From Eledone cirrhosa (lineage: Eukaryota): DNA of 64,000 bases. The notes below the pieces were generated by a model, which worked only from the letters and a program-made list of their open reading frames with translations, had not been told where the DNA came from and ran no database searches. Both the position numbers and the translations under genes were made by a program. Shown one piece after another: positions 1 through 8,942 of the stretch. The stretch is from positions 370,140,001-370,204,000 of the forward strand of contig OZ024743.1 of NCBI GenBank assembly GCA_964016885.1, given 5' to 3'. Every line of letters begins with the position of its first letter. Positions within the stretch are counted from its first letter, which is position 1.

Positions 1-1125
1 TTATAACCTCGATCACCTTTGTATCGGCCTCGATGTCGGCGAGGATGGCAGCCATCAGCCTGGGAATTTCAATGGCCAGATGAACCTGGGTCACCCTTAC
101 TCTCACGAGACTATATTTTGGGACCAGTGTGAACTCATCATTTTTTTAGGGGAAACATGGAGTGCTCTCTGGCTTCCTGTGGGGTTCCAAAGAACACGTC
201 CACGGTCCCATATCTTTGTCCATGTCTGATGTGGGTTATTTAAGTCCACACATGTCGGCAAAGCTTTTTGGATCTGCGACTCGGGTGCCCACTCCACTTG
301 GCGTGTTTTTATATTAATCGTGCGGTATGATACATAACATAGCTCGTGATGCTGCATGGTATTTGATGGGGGCGCGGTGAGACTGAACCTGTAACCCTGG
401 CCTCATTCAGTTCTTCCTAGCTTACCTCAATGGTTTCGTTCTTGTTCGCCGATTTAGCAAAAGTCACATTTGGTTTTGCGCTGGTCTTTGTGTTGTTGTT
501 GTTATTCTTATTCTTGGTGTTGCTGCTGTTGCTGTTATTGTTACTTTATTATTATTATTTTTTGTTTAGTTGTTGCTGTGGTTGTGGTGGTGTCAGTGGC
601 GTTCGACTTGAGTGTCGTCATTGTGGGAGAATCCATTTTGATATCACGAGATAATTTTTTTGTTTCAGTTGTTTCACTTGTTGCTGTGGTGGTGGTGGTG
701 GTGGTATCAGTGGTGTTAGATGTACTCTTCCACATTGTGGTGGTGGAGATGGCAGCTTAAACACCTGTAGACATTGGCAAGGCGGGAAGTCTACGTCTGG
801 ACGTGTTAAACTTTGACGACATCTATTGCTGCTGACGCTGTTAGCGAAAACGTTATTGGTTTTATCAATTGTAACAAGGTTCACGATGGTGGTGCTGGGA
901 GTAGTGTTTATGGTAAAGCCGCTGTCACGTGACAGCTGGCTTGATTTGTGGAGGCGTATACCATCATGTTGTTTTTTAATTCTTTGTTTGGCAAAATAAG
1001 TTTTAAATTTTGGGCTCAAGGCCCCAATATTATTGAGTGTCCTTTTCAGAAAGCAATATATATGAACTTATAAACAGTTGACAACAATGAGCTCACGATG
1101 AAACGTTTTCCTACGCAAGTCTCCG
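1..1125 (-). mobile_element. 5' portion (5' UTR and frameshifted ORF1) of an L1/Tx1-like LINE that continues past the window start
   Basis: ORF 103-357 (CYVSYRTINIKTRQVEWAPESQIQKAL) is homologous to ORF1 of the 1167-7074 element (CTVSYRTINVKSRRVERASESQIQKAL). 5' UTR motifs are shared (1012-1050 vs 6911-6950). The 5' end abuts (AAT)n at 1126. Confidence 0.85.

Positions 1126-1166
<41 letters not shown>
1126..1166 (+). repeat. (AAT)n microsatellite joining two Tx1-like LINEs
   Basis: Perfect AAT run read directly. Confidence 0.97.
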
Positions 1167-1167
<1 letters not shown>

Positions 1168-1409
1168 TTTTCTTTATTAACCACAAGGGTTCACATAAAG
1201 TAGACATTAAGGACAGTACAGGACAATACAGGACGGTACAAATGGGCATTTCTGCGTGTAAAAAAACAGAAGTTGAAATAAAATAACAAAGAAAAATTCC
1301 CCAATAGGGGGGAGACTTCCAAGGGACATTTGTGGAGAAAGCCCATTAAAAGACCACAGTGGCCCTGACCACCAGGGCAAGTGCCCTCTCCCAGTTTTCC
1401 ACCTTTAAT

Positions 1410-4400
1410 TTACAGACACATACTCAGAGAAGGCCCATTCATTCGGGCCATACTTGCTTCTCTCACCCATCTTTCAACAAAATGCTGGGAGGAGAGCACT
1501 TCCCTCTCTACCCTGATTTTCCTTTTCAGATGAAATTTGAAAAAGTTAATCAGGGCATCACCTAAGAGGTAAGTGCTCGTCTTCAGCCCTTTCAAACGTG
1601 TCCACCATACTATCTCTTTCGCCATGGCCACCAGACAGATAAAAACTGCCTGCCCTTCCCGGCTAAAGGAAGAGGGCGGGGCAATCCTCACGATGGACTC
1701 AGCTGATAGCCGGATCCGTCCTACACGTGACAGCAGGTGTTCGACATAAACCCACAAGTCAGCAATGCTCGGACACTGGACGAGTGCGTGCAGGACGGTT
1801 TCGTCGCCCTGTGCGCATCTCGGACATGCCCGGCTGACGGCACCTCCATGCCTGTAAAGTTTATCCCTAACTGGCAAAGCACCCCGGTAGCACTGCCAGG
1901 CCAGGGATTTCTGGAAGTTGTCCATAGGCCCCGGCCCGAAAATCCTTCCGAAGAGATTGGCTAGTTGATTTTCGTCGACGCCTAGAGTTTCTCCAAGTAA
2001 TTCGTCGCTCTTCCCCTCCACTAATCCCCTATAGAACGCCAAGGTGGAGTTTCCACCGTTCACATTGCCCGATTGGTCGAGGGCTGTGAGCGCCTGAAGA
2101 CATTCCAGTCTCCAAGCGCTCCCCCTCGGTCTTCGCTTGACCCAGGACTGCAGCTCCGTCAAGGAGACGAGCTGGGGAAAAACGCGTCTAGCAAACGGCG
2201 ACCACACCTGATCACCGTCGAGGAAGAGGTGGAGATGTCGTAGCCTGAGCGCGTGTCTGCGCATCATCAGCCACGGCATGCCCAGCCCTCCACGTAGCGG
2301 GTGTTGACAGCAGACGGACCGCCTGACCATCGGAGCGCGTCCCTTCCACAAGAAGCGAAAGAGCAAACGCTCCAGCGCAGTCAGGCGGGGCTTAGGACAA
2401 GGTACGACGGTCAGGCGGTAGTAGATGACGGACGCGATGTACGCGTTAGCCACCTCCGCTCGACCTTTCAGGGATAGCTTCCTCTCGGCCCATTTCTGGG
2501 TGAGAGAAGCCACCCTGCTCGTCACCTCGTCCCAGTTTTTGTCCGTCTGGAGGTCTGGACGGAACCAGACCCCTAGCAATTTAACCGGTCCGTCCGTCCA
2601 GCGCCCGACGACGCTGTTGGACGGCATGGACCTGCCTCTCCAGGTGCCGAGCTGCAGGCCCACTGACTTTTCCTGGTTGATCATTGCTCCTGTCACCGCT
2701 TCGTATTCTCTTAGTGTAGTGCCGATCGCCTCGATGTGTTTGGCGTTCGACACCACTACGGTGACATCGTCGGCATATGCTGACACGGATCTTCCGCATC
2801 CTAGTTCGCGCGGGAGCCCCCTCAACGTCTCCAGTTTGTGCAGTAATGGCTCGAGAGTCAATACGTACAATAGGGACGAGAGGGGACGTCCTTGGCGGAC
2901 CGAGCGCATGATGTTGAACGGTTCCGAAAGGTGACCGTTCACTCTCACTACAGAGCAGATGTTGCTGTGCATGGCAGCGATCCAGCCTCTGAAGACGGGC
3001 CCAAAGCCAGCCGCCCTCAGGACTGCCGTTAGGTAGCGATGGTCGACCCTATCGAAGGCTTTCGACTGATCTAAATTGATCAAAGACCCACCCGTGCCAG
3101 GTTCCCTAACTACCCTCTCTACGATGTATCGCATGAGGTAGAGGTTGTCGTGGATGGATCTGTAGGGAATGGCGCATGTCTGTGCCTCTCCCACCAGACC
3201 ACCAACGACAAGCGCCAACCTCTTTGCTAGCACCTTGGCCAAAATCTTGAACTCTGTGTTTAGCAGAGTTATGGGCCTAAAATTATCTATGTTATCCCCC
3301 TTGTTCGGATCCTTTCTCAGCAGCGCCACCGCTCCTCGGCTCACAGAGCTGGGAATTCTCCCGTTCTGTTGCCAGTTGCAGTAGACGTCCGCCAAGAGGC
3401 CTCCGAACAAGTCTGGCATTTGTACGTAAAGTTCATAGGGTAGACCATCCAAACCAGGCGATTTACCCCTTGTGCAACTAGTCATTGCCTCCCGTACTTC
3501 AGCGATTGTTATCGGCTTTTCGCAACACTCCGCCTCAGTGGCCGAAAGCCGCGGCTGTCCGTCGAGGTAGACACTAAAGTCCATCCCTCGATCCGGCCCG
3601 CCACTGCCCCCGAACAGTTGAGCGAAGTGTCGCTGAAAAGCTTCACACATTTGCCCGGGATCGAGTAGCATGCGCCCGTCGTGGTCCACCAAAGACCGGA
3701 TCGTGGCTTTATTGCCCCGACGCGCCTCCGCCACTCGGGCCATTTGAACGGCTTTCGTCCACTCGTGTCTGAGAGCACGCACCCTAGCTCTGACAACGCA
3801 GCCTTCGTGCTTTGCATTGAAGAATTGGTCAAGGGCCAATTTCGCCACAAGTACGTCGGTCGCGATGCCTTTGCAAAGCGCCTCGTCTAATTTTCTAACT
3901 AATTCTCCCTCTGCTCTATTTTTCTCTATTGCTAAAGCCTTACTAAACCTAATGGACTATATTCTAATCGCTCTTTTCAGAGCAAACCACCATTTGTTGT
4001 TGGCGATGGCCCCCGTCAACGCCCGCTTAACTAGTTCGCTAATCCGGTCTCTGTAGGGCTTGCACGCTGGTAAGGACGCGTTTAGCTTCCAGTAGCCGGG
4101 TCCTCGTCTATGAAGCCTATCTAAGTCAAGCACACAGATCACGAATTTGTGGTCCGTGTAGCTGACTATCTTGAATTGTGGGCAGCCTATGCTAGACCTA
4201 TCTATTTCCCTACAAAATACTCTATCTAGATATGATCTGGATGACCCTATGCGATTTGTCCAAGTCCACATTGGCACATTCGGGAAATCCATTCGGTACC
4301 TGTCAGACAGTTCAAAACGTCTGAGCAGGTTGGTGAGACTCTTGCACCCTCCTTCCCTATCCACTAATACCACACAATCCCAGCGTGCATCTAAGATCCC

Positions 4401-4829
4401 GTTCCATTCGCCCACTAACACTAAAGAGCGGGACGTTCCAAGAAAGGTCTCCAGACGCCGCAAGAAATCAGGCCGCCCTGCTCCTGTCGGGGCATAGACG
4501 GCCACTAACCTGAAAGCTTGCCCGTCTCCGCTGGTCACGTCCAGCACCACCAGCTTACCTTCTGGGTCCAGGAAGATGGCCCGTATGGCAATATCCAAAC
4601 CTCTCCGAAAAAGCACAGCAACTCCTCCCCCCGATCCCGGACGTCTGGGAGATTCGTACACATCGTAGCCGCCGAAGATCGGTGCGAAAGCCCGTACTTC
4701 GGAGATTCTGGTCTCGCTGATGGCCACTACATCTATGTTTAGTGACCTGAGGTCGTTGAGCTGGTGGCCCTGCTTCCATGACGACCCCAAGCCACGCGCA
4801 TTTATGCTGCCTATTCTGAGTGAGGTCAT
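1410..4829 (-). pseudogene. ORF2: APE endonuclease, reverse transcriptase and C-terminal zinc finger, with one premature in-frame stop at 3957-3959
   Basis: APE motifs: GSINARGL, AISET, VYAP, YLDR, YTDH. RT motifs: GKSPGLDGLP, NFRPITLLN, LDQSKAFDRV, SVRQG, AYADD. C-terminus CPRC..ETVLHALVQC. ORFs 3957-4829 and 1410-3848 are in the same frame. Confidence 0.92.
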
Positions 4830-4863
4830 GTTGAAATGGAGTGGAAAAGATGGGAAAGACCAC

Positions 4864-6865
4864 TTACCTTACTTCTCGTAGGGGAAGGACGGTTTTTCCA
4901 TCCTTTTCACTGCTTGTGGCCTCCTCAGGAAGGATGTCCTTATAAATCCTCCTGGAGAGTGCTTGTCGGAAGTCTTCGATGTCTTTGGGGAATTTTTGTT
5001 TTAGTGTCATGTACGTTTTCTGTGATGCGAGTGATTTGTATGTGTGGAGATGGTGTGAATTTTTGGGTTGTTGTGTAGTCTTTTTCTGTGATGCTGGTGT
5101 TGTGTTGGATGTAGTGTAATAATTGCTTGTTGTTCAAATGTAATGCTGTGTAGTGTGTATCGTTTTGGTTGTTTTGTTTTGTTTGCGTTTGTTGTGGGTT
5201 TGTTTCTGTTTCGTATTTTGGTGACTTTTGTGGTGTAGGTGATGGTGGTGTTGGGGTTAATGATGGTGATGGTGTTGGTGTTTGGGTTGAGGGGGTTGGT
5301 GATGCTGGTGTGGATGGTGGCATATCTGTCCTAACTTTTTTGTTTGTTAATTTATTTGTTTCACTCTGTATTTTGTTTTTGGAGGGGGAAGGAAGAGAAT
5401 TTTTTCTTTTTTTGTTTCTTTTTTTCTTTTTTCCTGATACCGTTTCCCACTCGTCGTCACAATCTGTCTCCAGTTGTGATAGGCCGGGGAGTGGAAAATC
5501 CTCCACAGGCGTTAGTTTTGGTTGTGGCGCGGTGGATGGTGTAGGCGCTGGTGCTAGTTCTGAAGCGTTGGGTGGTGGTGGTGTTGGTTTTGCTGGTGGT
5601 GGTGGTGTTGGTTTTGCTACTGTTGCTGGGGTTGTTGCTGTTATAGTTGCTTCTGTTGTTGCTGCTACATTTGTTGCTGCCATCTCTGCTACTGGTGGTG
5701 TTGATGGTTGTGTCACTGGGGTGGGTAGGAGAGGTGGCCTCAACCTTTTAGCCTGAGGGCAGAAAGCCCTTAGGTGGGTTCCTTCACCACAAACGACACA
5801 CCTAGGCCTTCTGCCCTCGACAATTACGGTGAGGTGGCTGCCGTCAGTGAGGTCTATTACCTCTGGGATCTCCTCAATGCTTTTTTGGTCCGCTTGTATC
5901 AGGAGCTCCATCCCAGATCCGGACCAGTTCTCCTGCTTTTCTTTTGCTATTGCTATTATTTTTGTGTTGGCTTCGATGCCGGCGAGGACGGCTCTATTAG
6001 CCAGGGAATTTCGATGGCCGGTGGAACGTGGGTCACCCTGATCTTTACGAGTCTCTGGCCACAATAGCTTGGGACGAGTGTGAAGTCGTCACTTCTTAAT
6101 GGGGCCATGGAGTGTTCTCTAGCCTCCTCTGGTGTTTCAAAGAACACGTCCACGGTTCCATACTTCTGCCCACGTCTGATGTGGGTTTTTCTCGCCCACA
6201 CATGTCCCAAAGCTTTTTGGATTTGGGACTCGGATGCCCGTTCCACTCGGCGCGATTTTACATTTATTGTTCGATACGACACGGTGCATTGGCGCCGATG
6301 CTCCATTTTATTAGGTGGGGGGTGGGGCGAGGCTGACCCTGTATCCATCTTTCTTTACCATTTGTTTGGCATTTTCTAAATCCTCCTGAGTTACCGTAAA
6401 TGCTTCGAACTGTTTTGCTACTCTGGCAAAACTCAGGGTGGTTTTTTTAATGTCATTGTTGCTGTTGTTGCTGTTGTTGCTATCGTTATTTTTGTTATTA
6501 TTAATTTTAGTTTCAGTTGTGGTGGTGGTGACGTCAGTCGTCTTTGGTGGGGAAGAGTCCATTTTGCTTGATTTCATTTCGACATCACGAGTTAATTTAT
6601 TTTTTTCTTCTTTTGTTTCTGTTGTCGCGGTGGTGATGGGGGTGGTGGTTGTCGCGGTGGTGGTGGTGGTGGAGGCTTTAACACCTGCAGTCATTGGTAA
6701 TGGCGGGAAATGAATGTCTGCCTGAGACATATTTAAAATATTGCTACTGCTTATATCTTTTTTAGTGTTGGCAAACGTAGTAACATTTACAATGGTGGTG
6801 TCGGTGTGAGGTATTAATTTGTGAGAAAGGCTTTCAGCTGCTTGGTGCAGTGGTGAATTAGCCAT
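4864..6865 (-). pseudogene. ORF1 (gag-like CCHC knuckle, Thr/Pro-rich linkers), frameshifted
   Basis: Pieces 6311-6865, 5956-6348 and 4940-6064. Motif RPRCVVCGEGTHLRAFC (CX2CX4HX4C). Colinear with the continuous ORF 19683-21218. Confidence 0.85.
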
Positions 6866-7074
6866 TTTTTTTCAAAGAAATTTTTTGATAATCATAAACG
6901 TTTAAATTTTGGGCACAAGGCCCCAATCTTTTTGGGTGTCCTTTTCGGAAAACAATGTATGTGCGCTTATATATAGTTAACAATAAAAATTTTCCATAAA
7001 TGGCAATTTTTAACAAACGGAAATAACAAACCTTTGCGGAGCTCACGATGATACGATTTACTACGTAGGTCGCC

Positions 7075-7120
<46 letters not shown>
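7075..7120 (+). repeat. (AAT)n microsatellite between the Tx1 5' end and an R4/Dong 5' junction
   Basis: Perfect AAT run. Confidence 0.97.
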
Positions 7121-8261
7121 TGGGAATAATGGGAATTCTGAGATGGAATGTTGCTGAACAGAAAGAAATGGATAGGAAGACTAGGAAGCTATTGACTATC
7201 TACAACATGTACCACAAGAGGAGTGATGTCGATAGACTCTACCTAAGGAGATCTGAGGGTGGAAGAGGTCTTATCAGCATAGAGGACTGTGTTCAGATGG
7301 AGAAAAACAACCTATACAAATACGTGACCTATAGTAAGGAGCCAATGCTCAGAGCTGTACTGAAGGAGGGGACAGTAGGCCAGGGGATGTCCAGGGAGGA
7401 AATAACATCAAGGAGGAAGAGCAGCCTTAAGGGAAAACCCCTTCATAGTACCTTCTTTGAGAAAACTGAATTTAGAGATCCACAGACATGGAACTGGTTG
7501 AGAAGAGGAGACCTCAAAAAGGCTACAGAAGGAATGCTAATGGCTGCGCAGGAGCAGGCCCTCAAAACGAAGTGGTTGAAGCACCATATCTACATGGAGG
7601 AGGCCAGCCCACTGTGCAGGATCTGTGGAGAGAGAGAGGAGACTGTGGCTCACATTGTGTCCGAGTGTAAACACCTAGCCCAGACCCACTATAAGGGCTG
7701 GAGACACGATGTGATGGGCAGGGTGATCCACTGGCACCTGTGCAAAGTAAACAATCTACCACATTCTGAGAAATGGTATGAGCATAGGCCAGAGGCGGTG
7801 ATGGAGAACAATCAGGTGAAGGTGCTGTGGGATTTTAGGATACAGACGGACAAAAAACTGGAACACAATAGACCTGACCTGGTGGTTGTGGACAAAGAAA
7901 AAAGATCGTGCCTGATTGTGGATGTGGCCTGCCCGTTCGACACGAGAGTGCAAGAGAAGGAGAGGGAGAAAATTAACCGATACCAGGACCTAAAGTGGGA
8001 GGTGAAAAGGATTTGGAACTGCCATGAAGTCAAAGTGATCCCGATTGTCATAGGCGCACTGGGGACTATCTCCAAAAGTTTCCAGGGATGGTTAAAGAAA
8101 ATCGGCCCCTTCACGCTTTTTGGAACGCTTCAAAAGGCATGCTTGCTTGGAACAGCAAGAACCCTTCGATACGTCCTGAATATCTGAGGCTGCAGGTAGT
8201 GGCTTGATATTCAATCCAACGGACTTTCCAGTTAACCAACATCAATGACTGAGATTCAAGG
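7121..8261 (+). mobile_element. 5'-truncated R4/Dong-like LINE (family D1); open ORF 7120-8187 covering thumb, CCHC and RLE
   Basis: Motifs CRICGEREETVAHIVSEC, RHD, RPDLVVVD, IVDVACP, EKINRY (PD-(D/E)xK restriction-like endonuclease). Near-identical to 10397-11527. Followed by an (AAT/AAC)n tail at 8262-8314. Confidence 0.92.
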
Positions 8262-8314
8262 AATAACAATAACACTAATAATAATAATAATAACAATAAT
8301 AATAATAATAATAA

Positions 8315-8690
8315 ACACAACAGCCAGATAACGGCAATTTCACCACCACCACAACCAATCTCAACATAATAATGATAATAATAAATACTATTATTATTGT
8401 CCCAAGTTTTAACAAAATGTTTAACCCCATAGATTCACCGAACGGACATCAGTAACGACAACGCCGCCCATCCATCATTACTACCACTATCCCATCACCG
8501 CCGCCACCACTCCTTCATTGCTACCACCGCTACAACACCACCATCACTACAGTAATACGACCACATCACCACCACCACTGCCATCATTACTACCACTATC
8601 CCATCACCGCCGCCACCACTCCTTCATTGCTACCACCGCTACAACACCATCACTACAGTAATACGATCACATCACCACCACCACTGCCTC
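8315..8690 (+). repeat. Non-coding spacer homologous to 11767-12070, containing a ~109 bp tandem duplication (8472-8580 and 8581-8687)
   Basis: Shared blocks ACAACAGCCAGATAA..GGCAATTTCACCACCAC, TACTATTATTATTGTCYCAAGTTTT and CCATCATT.CTACCACTATCCCATCACCGCCGCCACCACTCCTTCATTGCTACCACC. Confidence 0.8.
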
Positions 8691-8942
8691 GGTATCGACA
8701 TCACCACCACCACTATCTCAGTATCGCTACCGCCGCTATTCTCTCCCATTGCTTCCTGCTAGTTGCTGCCACCACATTATAGAATTCCTACTAAAAAAGA
8801 GGAAGGCATCAAAATATATAGATAGACTCAAAAGAAAAAAGAAAAAACAAACATCAAAACCAAAGCAGCACAGCAACAACAGCAAAAAAAGAGAAAAACA
8901 AACAGAGAAAAACAAAAACAAAAAAACGTAAAGAAAATAAGA

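Larger units (their letters stand above)
1167..7074 (-). mobile_element. Full-length L1/Tx1-like non-LTR retrotransposon (family A, copy 1)
   Basis: Contains 5' UTR, ORF1, ORF2 (APE-RT-zf) and a 3' UTR ending AATAAAGAAAAC plus (ATT)n. Flanked by (AAT)n on both sides. Confidence 0.93.

Noticed and set aside
430-760. Hydrophobic poly-L/V/C ORFs here and at 5169, 19990, 30374-30909, 62137 and 63179-63584
   Set aside because: Antisense translations of Thr/Asn/Pro-rich low-complexity ORF1 linkers; not membrane proteins.
1230-1300. Polypyrimidine tract plus CGCAG in the Tx1 3' UTR as an acceptor for the ORF1-end donor
   Set aside because: The AG is not conserved in copy 2 (CGCAT) or at 24980, so a specific splice cannot be supported.
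2425-2934. Antisense ORF recurring at 17630 and 59379
   Set aside because: Shadow of the GC-rich conserved RT frame; no independent motif.
4864-6865. Gag-like CCHC suggesting an LTR retrotransposon or retrovirus
   Set aside because: No LTRs, protease or integrase; the APE-RT ORF2 and simple-repeat tail indicate a LINE.
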